From positions 1 to 64,000 of the forward strand of contig JAAOMT010000352.1 in NCBI GenBank assembly GCA_016748015.1: a DNA stretch of 64,000 nt, written 5' to 3'. The position numbers and the translations under genes were made by a program. Position 1 is the first letter of the stretch, and every line of letters begins with the position of its first letter. The notes under the pieces are model-generated. The model saw only the letters and a list, made by a program, of their open reading frames with translations. It made no database searches and was not told where the DNA came from. Positions 25,831-37,975 of this stretch are shown one piece after another. The stretch comes from Geosiphon pyriformis uo1 (lineage: Eukaryota; Fungi; Glomeromycota).

Positions 25831-27349
25831 ATATTATTTTATAATTCTTTTGCTAAATTCTTGAACTATAACAACATTTACATTAACTGCAAAAACATTA
25901 TTGGCTTAAGCACTATTTTCAAGCAACCAAAAAAAGCAAAGTTATTAAGAATTTATAGTAATTATTTTAAAAGATTTAAATTATGATCTATTATATTATT
26001 AAAAATTCAATTACTGTTACCTTAATTTAATTTCAAATTTACTAATAACTGAGCAGACATTAAATTAGAAGAAAAAAAGACAGTAATTAGAAAAACAACA
26101 ATAATTTGATCTTAAATAATTCAGAAAATCAAATTTCAGAATTTATTTAAACTTTAATTGTTTAGATTCAACAAAATATATCTTTAATAATTCAAATTAA
26201 TTTATTTTTAGTTACACCAATAGCTGTTTTTTATTAATAATAATTATTTGTTAATATATTTTTAAGACCAATAATTTATACACTAATTGCCAAGTTAAAA
26301 AAGTTTATTGACAAAAAAAATTACTCAAATTTGGCTTAATAATATAAAAAAAGCTATTGTAGCTAATAACTGGAATAATATTAAAGTTCTTTAAGCAATT
26401 TTTTATTTTTTATAAGACACTGTTGACTTATAATATTAAAGTCTTACAACAAAATCCAATATTTTTAATATATTTAAAAATACATTTTTATAGTATTTTA
26501 ATAATAACAATAGTATTAATTGTCTATTAACTGAATTTATTATTCTTAAACAAAATAACACAAAAGCCATTATTATCTACTTAGAATGTTTTTACAAAAA
26601 CTTGTATTAAATTCAAGTAATAGATGCCAACTATTTTTCAGAACCACAGATCTAAACCAATTTATTTGTAAATTATACAATAGCTTTTTATAATAAGTAT
26701 GTTTATTATATTCAATTATTCTATAAGATACAGTTACTTATATCAAAAATTTTGAATTGGCCAACTTCAAAGCAAATTATGCTCAAGCTATAAACTTAAT
26801 AATAAACAGATTATTTAAACTTAATATTAAATTAAAACAATTTAATAAATTAATTAATCAAAAACTTAAAAAATACTTAGTTAATAGTTAAATATTCTAT
26901 TAATTTCCACAATATCATAATTAACAAAACTATTGTTAGTTCTAAAATCTATTATATTTATTATTATTAACAAATTAGGTATAATAACCAAAAATCCATA
27001 TTTATTACTATTGTCACAAATAAGAATATTTAAAAGCAAATTATAGAACTAAACTAAGTAACTAATAATTGCTGGTTTCAAACTCTAAATTTTACTTAGC
27101 ATCAAAACCAATATTAATATTAATTATCTTATCTGCAAATAATATAACAATTAATATATATATTTTTAATATATTAAATACTACTGTTTTTAATTGTTTA
27201 TTAGCTTTTAAAAAATAAAAAAAGTCTTTCTCTTGTTAATCTCCAGACCATGATGAGAGCAAAATTTTATCGAAGCCTTAATTAGCTCTTTTCCCTTTTA
27301 CCCTTTATTTTTTCTAATTATTTTTTCCAATTTTCTTCCTTTTGTTGCA

Positions 27350-29307
27350 ATAGATCCAGTAGGCTTCTTTGCTAATGGTTCTGGTTTTGTTTCAGCTGGG
27401 TTGAGAATTCGGTCTAATAATAAAAAGAAAGTGTGCATTGAAAGTGTATACTCTCATAGTCTTTTGTACAAGAAAACTAAAATTCCTTGAAATACTAGTG
27501 GTGTGGTGGATTTGTTGGTGGGTCCTGTTCCTGGCAGCATTTTACAAGCTGGTGATTTAGAATACAAGATGTTTTGGGGTAGCAAAGTGGAGAGTGAGAA
27601 TGCTAATGTTAGTGAGATGTCTGACTTGGAAAACATGGGTAATATAGTGGCAGAAGAAACAAGTTACATAGATTTTAACAATTCAGAAGCTGATGATATG
27701 GTGGATAACATGACTTCAAAAAAGACATAAACGAGGATGTATATTTTGGAACAACTGCCAAAAAAACCTTCTTTTAGTGTTATGGATAATGTCGACAACA
27801 TTTTAGAACTCCTGTCTCCCAAGTTTCATGGTTCCAATCAGCTGCCGAGTGCCAAGTCATGTGTTCTGAAAAAGAGGAGCTTTGAGCCAGTAAAATCATT
27901 TGCTTTAGATATTGAGCTTTCAGCTATTCCAGGAAAAACTGTTAGTGATAAATTGATTTCAATTAAAAAGATTTTTTATTAAGTGGATGGTTTTGGAGAA
28001 GTTTTTACTCCCTCAAAATTCTCAGAGATCATTAGGTCCTCCTTTACTTCTGAGTTAAGTCTTAATAAGACTAAGGAATTGGTGATCTATGAGAAAATTT
28101 TGGTAAATAATAATGTAAGAAAGTTGGGCATTCATTTAAATTAAGAAGTAATTGTCAAGGAAATTCCAGTAGATTTTCCCAGATCAGCAGTTGAATCAGT
28201 TTTTTCTAAGTTCGGTAAGGTTGTGTCAATTAAGATGGAATTGATTGGTTTGTGGCAGAAAGCTTTGGTTGAGTTTGAGTTATTGAAAGTGGCAAGTTTG
28301 GTTGCCTCTAAATAGTCTGTTCTTATGGGAAAGAATTCTGTGTGGGTGGCATTCGCTGTTGAGAATAAACAATCTTGGGTGTTCAGAAATCAACATAAGA
28401 CCTTGCTTTATACTTTACCAGTTGGCACTACTGCTTATGATTTGTTTGATTTGCTTGATTTATATGGTGGGAAGACCTGTTTTATTGGTCACAATTCTAA
28501 TTTTTATGTCTGTAACAGATGTGTTGTGATTTGTTTTGCTGATAAAACATCCAAGCTGGCTGCAATTAGATCTGTTCCAGTTTTTAAGAGTACAAGTTTG
28601 CAATGGGCTGGTCTTTCTTTGGCCTGTTGTGCCAAATGTAAACAATTTGGTCACATCTCTGATATATGTTTGGCTAGTAGGAGTTCTGAAATTCATGGGA
28701 AGTAAGTGGTTACTGATCAAAATCAGGTCTGTCTAGCTGGTATTTATAAGAAAAAGCAAGTTCCTATTGCACATCCAGTTTCTTTTGGTGATAAAACTTG
28801 GGCTCAGGTAGCTGGTGGTTTATTTTTTCGTGTGGCTCCCTTGGTTCCTTTTGGTGTCATCCCATCCCTTGTTGCTGAGACCTTTTTATTTGCCTCTGGT
28901 CCACCTGGTACTCATGATTTGTATGATTGTTTGGCTTCTCTGGATGCTCTCTAGAACTTTTGGCTGACCAGGTTTCTGGTATTTTGGAGCAATTGGGTTC
29001 CATGAAATTGATGCCCTTGGTGGCTGCATCTGATGTTTCTCTTTTGAAGATTCCTATAACTGTGGTTTCTGGTTTGGTTTCAGATATGGTTTTGGGTAAT
29101 GCATCAGCAATCTCCACTCCTTCTTTTTTAGTCATCAATGAAATGACTGCTGTCATAAGTCCAAGTAGTTCTAAAGTTTTAACTACCAAAGTCGGTGGTT
29201 TAGAATCCAAAATAGTGGCTTTGGAAGTTTTGGTTGAATCTGTTTTAAAAAAATTGGACCATTTGTGCTCAGGTTTGGGTTCATTGGCTGTTTTTGTTTC
29301 TCAATAA
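27350..29307 (+). pseudogene. LINE ORF1 (RRM-like region, CCHC knuckle, C-terminal coiled coil)
   Basis: VIVKEIPVDF..VESVFSKFGKVVSIK; CAKCKQFGHISDIC; KVGGLESKIVALEVLVESVLKKLDHL; start ATG mutated to ATA, stops and a frameshift near 28940. Confidence 0.85.
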
Positions 29308-32300
29308 GTGTTTTAGTTTGAAAAATTGTCATGTACAATATAAGGAGCATGAACAACTCTGCAAAACAGAATGATATAATTTGTTGGCATAAAGAGTTGA
29401 ACAATTTGATTTCTATTATTACTGAGACCAAGTTAAAGGGTAATATTTGCTCATGGATTATGAATAAGTTTGATGGTGTCTGGGTTTTCATCTCTAAGTT
29501 GAATTCTGATTATATGGGCTCTGGCATTGCAATTATTATGAACATTTCTTTAGTGAGACATGTGTGCAAAGTTTTTGAGGTGTCTGGTTGGCTCCTGTCT
29601 ATTAAGCTACTTTTCAAGAATAAACTCTCTGTTTCAATTTTGGGGCTCTATGCTGATGCTTTTTTGTCAGTTTGGTCCTCCCAAGCTGGTGAGATCAACT
29701 CTATAATTGCTAAAGCTGTGAATGAATCTTTTTTTGTTGTTCTGGGTAGCGACTTCAATGAAGATAGTTCTTATAAGTGTGCCAGTTTCAAAAAATGTCT
29801 TGATCTTGGTTTGGTTAATTCTTTTGGTGAAAGCTTCATTGCTAGGACCCTATTTGGGCCAACTCTCATGGTGTGGCTAAAACAATCGACTTTTTGTTTG
29901 TCTCTTCAAACCTGATCAATGCTGTGGTAGATCACAATGTGTGTGGTGTTGAAGAATTTTTTGATACTGATCATTGGATTGTTTCTGTGTTTGTGGGTTT
30001 GAGTGGACTTTTGGATATACAGTTAATCTCTATTTACAAGTGGGCAAATAGGGATCAATGGAAGTTTGATTTCAAGGGTGCTGATGTCAATAAGTGAAAA
30101 AATTTTAAAAATGCCACGTCGGCCAATGCTGGGTTGTTCTCTGATAAATTTGCTACTGCTATTAGACTCTCAGACCTGGATGCCATGTAAGATGTCTTAT
30201 GCAAGATAATGACACTTTCAGCAAATGAAATATTTAGGAAGAAGTGGTTCAAAGATTTTGACAGTGTGTTCACCAAAGTTTTTTCAAAGTTTCACAGATT
30301 GGAACTTTTGGTTTCAAAAATTATCAAGGCCTCTCATAAGAGAGGTGGTGTCAATTTTATCTTTTTTATAAAGTGCTGAGACTCTTTGGATGGTATCAAT
30401 GCCTCAGTTGTTCAAGATTTCTTTGACTCTGGTGCAGACTTTCATCATGTTCATTCAGTTCTCTCTGGTATTAGGAAGTCATATTATGCATCCAAGCTTG
30501 CTGAATCTCTAACAGCTAAGGAAGTGAACATTAGATCTGCTATAGATAAGAGGATGGAAAGCTTTGAAACAAATAAGGGTCATACTATCAGGAGTGTTCT
30601 GGTGCATCCTTTTCACAAAGTGGTTCTATCTGATTGTTAATAATGAGCTTATTTTGGAGCCCGATTCAGTTAAATCTAAGGTGAATATTATTATGGAAGG
30701 ATGGATTAGGAAGTGTGATGTGGTTGCTGATGTTTCTAATGTCTGGTCTTGTCAATATCAACTATTGGATTATGTTTTTGATGAGGCCTTTTCTGGTGTA
30801 ATGCATTCAGTTAAGTTTAGTAAACTGTTTGATGTGGTTTCCGATCTGCCTGATGGCAAAACTGCTGGTCTTTCAGGTATCACAAATAAGTTTTGGAAAC
30901 ATTGTGACAGATCAATTTTGGATATGCTTTTGGTACTTTTGAACTTGTGTCTTTCTCATGAATCAGTGCCCAAATCTTGGAAGGAGGCTTGGATCTCAAT
31001 AATTCCTAAACCATATAAATGGAAAAGTGTTCTCACGAATATTCACCCTATTGCTTTGATCAAGACAGCTTATAAGATTCTTTCTAAGATACTCTCTGAT
31101 AGAATTTCTTTGGCATGCAGCACTTTTGGCATTCTTTGTGGTGACAATTTTTCAGTTTTAAAAAGCACAACAACTTAGTCTCCTATTTTTGTGGTTGGAT
31201 CAATGGTTGAAGATATATTGGAAAAAAATCAAGAACTCTGGCTGGTTTTGTAAAATATGTGGAAAGCATACAATTCAGTTGGCTGGAAACATCTCAAGAA
31301 AAGTTTGGTCAGGATCAAGATGTGTGACAGGTTTATTCGGTTTTTTGGTGGTATTCATAGGGGTTGTACCAACAGGATGATGACAAATTTTGGGTTGACG
31401 GACAGTTATCATATACATAATGGTTTGGACCAAAGGGAGGTTTTTTTCCCTCTTCTGTGGTATATATTTTATGATCCTCTGTTATGTGAAGTCAAAAGAC
31501 AGGAAAACATGTGCAGTTATAGGTTGAGTTCTTATTTTATTTCCAGAAATGGTCATGCTAAGTCCTAGGCTGGGCTCTCTTCTTTTTTTGCTGCTGGAGC
31601 TTTCATTAATGACAAAATTTGAGTAGACAATAGTTAGGTAGCTACTCAACATATTCTTAATATTGCAAGTGAATTTTTCCAGATAAATAACATTTCTATC
31701 AATAATAACAAAACAGTGGTCATTTCCATTAATAGCAGGACCAGCATTCTTTTTCTTTTTATCAGTGACTTACCAATCTCCATTGCCAAAAAAAGTGAAT
31801 TTCATTGATACTTGGGTATTTTTCTCTCAACTAAAGGTCTCTCAAAGCCTAGTTTGGCAAAGACAAATTTGGACATTCGTTTTTTTACCAATCTGGTCTT
31901 GAAAAAAGCTGTCTCAGATAAGCAATTCTTATATTTGGTATTGGCAGTTCTTTTTCCTATAGTTAATTACAAAATACAGTTCAGCTTTGTTCCTATTAGT
32001 ACATGTAACAAGTGGAATGCTTTAATTCATAAGGGCTTGAAGTTCAAATTCAGCCTATCTCTTAATTTTCTTAGTGATACAATCCATCACCCTTTATTTT
32101 ATGGTTTGAAGTCTTTTGTTCAGGTTCAGTTTGAAAGCAAAGTGGTCTTCCTCATTAGTTTTGCAAACTCTAGTAACATCTTGAATTGTTTGTTCTCTCA
32201 CAGATCCTATGACTTGCAAGTTCTGTGCTGGCACCCTGTTTATCCTTTGAGCTTTTTTGTGTGTATTCGTGTTAGTGCTTCTAATAACTTTTTGGTGGAC

Positions 32301-33984
32301 ATAGTTCACATTCTTCTTGATTGCAACTTGTTCTTGGGTGGCTTTTTGGCTGATTTTTTTCTGTTTTGTAATGAGGTCCCTATGTCTGTTGTTCTGGGCA
32401 AATCACAATTTTTTAGGTTTTTTTCTTCTCTCTGATGGTATGGTATTGCTTTTGTGGATCAACTTTGTGATCATCATGGTTTTATCTTTGATTGATACAC
32501 TTTTAAGTGTTGGAAGAGATTAGACCTCTGTGGCTGTGTTCCTAATTGGTTTGAGCTTTCTGTTGCATTTCTAAATAGTAAAAGCCTATCTCTCACTTGC
32601 CCCTCAGTTTAAATAGTGTTGGTTTTTTAAATATTCTTAACTCTTATGGTTTTGTCTCTGTTTGTGATCATCTCTTGCAGGTTGATGCTAACAGTTTGTT
32701 AGTATATACAAATGGGTCTCTTAGTAATCTGGGCTCAGTTGGCTATAGAGCTGGTGCTATCACCTTTTTTGAGGACATTAATTTAGGTTTGGGTGTTGAT
32801 ATGTCAGACTTGATATCATCTACTTTGGCAGAGTTGCAGGCTATAACATTGGCTCTAGAGTGTGTTCCCTCTCTGTGCTCTGTTAATTTGTTTTCAGATA
32901 GTCAATCTACTTTGGATGCTTGTAAGTCTGAATTGGATTTGGTGTGCCCAACTTTCATAATTAGTGTTGGGTCAAACGTCATCATATTACTAATGTTATT
33001 TACAGTAAGAATTTAAAAGTCAGCTGGCATAAGGTTAAAGACCACTCTAGTGTTTTAGGGAATGAGCATGCTGACATGATTGCTGGTGACATCTTTCTCT
33101 CTAATTGGTATCTTCCTCTTTGCTTGAGTAAACACTTCATAATGGCTGATGGTAGTGTGATTTTTGGCAATTCCAGACATTTTGTCTGTGATATTTATCA
33201 TTCAGTTTGTCATGCACACTGGGAGGTTGGCTCAGGTTCCAGAATTTTGGCAAGTGGTTTGCTTTCTGAAGTTAACTGGCTCTGTTTATCTTTGGTGTAG
33301 CACCCTGATTTGCACATGGGTACTGGTTTTACCAGCAGATTCTCGGCTAATACACATACTTATTTCATGAAGGCTTTGTATCACTGGCTGCCAGTTGCTG
33401 TGTGAAAATGCCTTTATAATAGATTATATCCTAGTGTGTTGTGCTTATATTGTGGTGATTTGGAAGCTTTGGATCATGTGTTCTTATGTAAGATTGATGA
33501 TTCTATTCAACATTAGTTGTTGAAATCCCATGTGAATTCATGGAGGGCAGTTTCTGGTTTTTTTTATTCTTCTTTGGGCATACTACAACTGTTGTCTTTG
33601 TGTGGTTCTGACTCCTTTTTGTCCATGGCACTCTATAAAGGTTTTGTTTTTAAGGATTGGTTTCATAAGATGGTTACCATTTTTTATAACCCCAAAATTG
33701 CTGGTTTGGAGATTGTCAAATTTGTGTGCTCTCTTAGTCTTGCTTTTAGAAGTAATATCTGGTCAGTTCATGCTAAACATCATGCTTATATGGAAAAACA
33801 TGGATTGATTCCTCTTGATAGTTCAGTTCTTGTCTCAGTTTCTGGTTTGGCTTCAAGGTTGTCAGCTGGGGTGGTCAAATTGCTTGGCATTGCCAATGCT
33901 TTTGGTGTTTAATTTGGCTTTTGCAAATCTTGTTTATTTTTTCCAGATGTAAATAACTCAGTTTCAGTTCATATAGCTGCATAG
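29304..33984 (+). pseudogene. LINE ORF2: AP endonuclease, reverse transcriptase, RNase H, C-terminal Zn-finger
   Basis: APE: NIRSMN, ITETK, GSDFN, IDFLF, TDH. RT: IPKP, PIALI, KAYNSV, GLDQ, AFIND (decayed FxDD), YLGI. RNase H: VYTNGS, AELQAI, SDSQ, GNEHAD. Zn: CLYC..DHVFLC. Confidence 0.92.
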
Positions 33985-35236
33985 TATTGTTCTGATTGGT
34001 TTAAGTGGCTGGTTATGTGTGGAAAATACATGATTCATGTCTAGTTTAGATCATTTCTTTGATGTATAGCACTAAATAGTGTTTGGATCTTACTTATAAA
34101 GCAATAAAAAAAAATTAGCTTTTATCTTAAACATTACTCTAATAATCATAGTTGTAATTCCAAATTTTAACACCAACTAAAATTCAAAGACTGCAAATAA
34201 TATGTCTATCACAAAATTAGAAATTGACTATAATAATATATTAACTAATCTTCAATAATTAAAGCCAATCATTAGAATTATGCTCAAAAAACTCAAAAAA
34301 TAAGTATATTTAAAACCTGAATTTTCAGAACTATTTAAGTCTTTTTATTATAACTAAAACTAATATATTTAACAATAATATTTAAAATTATAACACAATT
34401 TTACTTATAGTTATTTCTAAAAATAACACACTTATTGTTATTTTTCTATTTAGAAAAAAAAAGTTATTATTTAGTAAAACAGTTTTAAACTTAACTCAAT
34501 TTATTATTACTATATATATTAATGTCAAAATAAATAGCCAATCTATTAAACTTATTCTTAATAATAGTTTAGCAAACAATATTATTGTCTAATAACTTAT
34601 AAATTAATTAGGTTACCAAGTTAATTAAATTGTTAACACATAAATTATCATAGTTAATAAAGCTACAAAAACTTTAATCAGCAAAATTAATAACTTTTTA
34701 TTTGATATCAATAATATTATAGCACCAATTAAGATTTTTATTATAAAAGTTATGTAATATTAAGTTTTTATTAGTAATAATTAATTGTTTAAAATCAATA
34801 TTATGTTTGATTAAAACATTTAAAAGCTTTAATTAAGCTATTAAAAACACTATACAAAAACATTACTAATATGTAAATATTTTAAAACAATTATTAAAAC
34901 ACTATTAATTGAATTAAAAAAAAAATCTATTTGAAAAGCTTATTAAGTCTTATAAGCTAAAAAAAATTACAATAAACTGCTATTAGTATCTATCTAAAAA
35001 AAAAAGCCATAAATATTAACTTTTATTTATGTTTTACCAAATTAATAAAATTAACTCTATTAACTACTTAAATTAATTTGTATTGATTGTGATAAAAAAT
35101 TATTATTAATGAATGTTTGTGTAAAAAATAACAAAATATGGCCAACTGTTATAAAATATTATTGCTGCCTATATGTATTAAAACAATTTAAATACTTAAA
35201 ACAACAAAGCAAATAAAATAATACATTATGTTTTAT

Positions 35237-36891
35237 TTTATTTTTTATTACGTTTAACAAGTAAGATCCAAACACCACCTAGAACTATACATCAATGAAA
35301 TGATCTAAACTAGGCATGAATTATGTATTTTACCACATGTGACCAGCCACTCAAGCCAGTCAGAACAATACTATACAACTATATTAACAGATACCAGATC
35401 TCCAATGCCTGAAAAAAACAAACAAGACTTGTGAAAGCCAAAAAGAATGCCAAAGGCTTCAGTAACACCAAGCAATTTAACCACACCAGCTGAAAACTTT
35501 GAAACCAAACCAGAAACTGGGATGACAAACAACCCATCCACTGAAATCAGGCCATTTTTTTCCATAAAAGCACGATACTTGGCACAGACCAACCAAATAT
35601 TATTCCTAAAAGTGGAACATATAGAGTGCACAAAATCAGTAATTTTAACACCAGCAATCTTGGGGTCATGGAAGACAATAACAGTCTCCTAAAGCCAACC
35701 ATTGAAAACAAAACCTTTGTAAAGAGCCAAGGAAACCAGTAAATCCAAAACACAGGTCGACATTAACTGCAACACAACTGAAAAGGGAAGAGAGAGCCCA
35801 GAAAGCAACCTCCAAGAAGACATGCAGAATTCCAGAACCTGATGATGAGCTAAATCATCAACCACACAAAAAACACATGATCAGAAACCTCTACCTTACC
35901 ACAATACAGACACAGAACATTAGAGTAACATTTATTGTAAATGCGCCTCTGAACAGCCACAGGAAGCTGACAGTGTAAAGTCTTTATAAGATAAGTATGA
36001 GTATTAGCTGTGAGCCTACTAGTGAAACCAGTGGCCATATGCAAATCAGGATGCCAAACCTTAGAAGAGCTGAGCCAGTCAACATCTGAATGCAAACTAC
36101 TAACCAGAAATCCAGAACCAGAACCGACCTCCCAGTGCACATGACAAACTATATGACAAACATCTCAAACAAAGTGTCTAGAATTACCAGAAACAACACC
36201 ACCATTCACCAACAAAAAGTGTCCATCCATGCAGGGAGAGAGATACCAACCAGATAGAGAAGCAGCATCAGCAATGCTATCAACATGATCATTCCCTGAA
36301 ATGCTGGAGTGGCTCTTGACTTTGTGCCAGCTAACTCTTAAATTCTTACTGTAAATAATATTCTGAATATGCCAATGCTTGACCCAACATCAATTGCAAA
36401 AGTCAGGGCATACCAGACTTAATTCAGACTTACAAGCATCTAAAGCTGCTTGACTATCTGAAAACAAATTAACAGAATGAGCCACAGGCATGCACTCCAA
36501 AGCCAATGCTATAGCCTGTAACTCCACCAAAGTAGATGACACTAAATTTTGAACACCAACACTTACACCCAAATTAATGTTCTCAAAAAAAACAGCTGCC
36601 CCAGCTTTGCAATCAACTGTGCCCAAATTCCTTAAAGAACCATCTGTATATACTGACAAACTATCAACGTTAACCTGGAAAAGACAATCATGGGTGGACA
36701 CAAAATCATTAGACTCACAAAAGTTAAGAGGACCAGCACCAACTGAGGCTGTGGAAGAGGAATGAGAAGCCGCAAGAAACACAACAGAAGGTCCAAACCA
36801 ATCAGGAACTGGGCCATAAGAGTCCAGCCTCTTCTACTGCTTGAAGATGCATCAGCTAAAAACAACACCATGTTGATTATAAAGCTGATTC
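35237..36891 (-). mobile_element. 5'-truncated LINE (RNase H, Zn-finger, 3' UTR, polyA) inserted in Gy-B3 pol
   Basis: VYTDGSL...VELQAIALAL...SDSQAALDAC; TSD acattatgttttat (35223-35236) / atattatgttttat (36892-36905). Confidence 0.92.
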
Positions 36892-37589
36892 ATATTATGT
36901 TTTATAAGTAAAAAAATTTTATTTAATAAAAAATTATGAAATAATATTTTTAATAGAAAAAAAACCTGTAATGACTTATGTTAATATACTATTTTAATTA
37001 ATAATTAGGCATACAAAAAAATCTTATTTACTACTGTTTATAGTCAAACAATTAATTAATTAAACTTATATTTTTATAATAAAAATAAAATCTGAAAAAT
37101 AGCTATAATAAAATAAAAGATACAACTGTTAAAAAAATACATACTATTAAAAATACTTTTGTAATAATTGAAAAAATAGATAGTTTTTTTACTGACAATT
37201 CAAAAGTATTTTAAGAATATTATTAAGAGTTTGTTCTTATAAAAAAACAAAAATAAAGACTGACTAATTTCAACACTAAATTATGTGACTATTATTTAAT
37301 TCTAATATTGTAATAATTGTAATGTTGTTTATAATTCATTGTTTTGTATAATTTATTTAATATTTAAAGAAAAAAACCAATTAGCATATGTACATAAAAA
37401 TTAATATTAAAAATTAATCTCAATTTAAACTCTGATAATAATAACAACAATAATTTTAATATTATACACAATAATAATAGCAACAATAATTCTAACTTTA
37501 ATTTAAACTCAGAATAATATATTATACTTCTAGATCTTTTAATAAAATAAAAACTTAAATAGTTTAATAACAATAATAAAAATATTATG

Positions 37590-37975
37590 TTAAAATACAC
37601 ACATAATACTAATACAGAATTTGATCTAAAATATCTAGAAAAAAATACTATTATATTAAAACCCAATACATTTGCATAAATTTAAAAATAATATTGAAAT
37701 TTTAGCAATGATAATAGTTTAATTAGCTTTTAGATCTAATTTAATAAAAAAAAATCAATATAAAAAAAGAAATAATTAATCTAAAATACATAAAAAATAT
37801 TAATACAATATTACAAAATAAATCAAAAAAAAACATAGATAATTAAACTAAATAAAAAGATAGCACAAGCAATATTTTTACTTTTGGTTAAAGTAATTCA
37901 GTTAATATTAATAAAAATAAAAGAAAAATTAAATATAAAAATAAAAAAAATTAATAGATTCAGATTAACTAAAAA
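37590..37975 (+). pseudogene. dUTPase domain of Gy-B3 pol (decayed)
   Basis: NTNTEFDLKY...LAFRSNL...IAQAIFL; collinear with 62740-63125(-). Confidence 0.7.

Larger units (their letters stand above)
27211..34113 (+). mobile_element. Full-length (~6.9 kb) non-LTR retrotransposon, ORF1 + APE-RT-RNase H-Zn ORF2; dead
   Basis: TSD attagctttta at 27200-27210 and 34114-34124; polyA ~34106-34113; domain motifs listed in the two ORF entries. Confidence 0.95.

Noticed and set aside
27225-27295. Hammerhead/HDV ribozyme-like motif (atgatgag...cgaag) at the LINE 5' end
   Set aside because: It has ATGATGA rather than CTGATGA and GAAG rather than GAAA, and no stem I or HDV P2 pairing was found. A single mutated copy cannot support it; worth retesting on a consensus.
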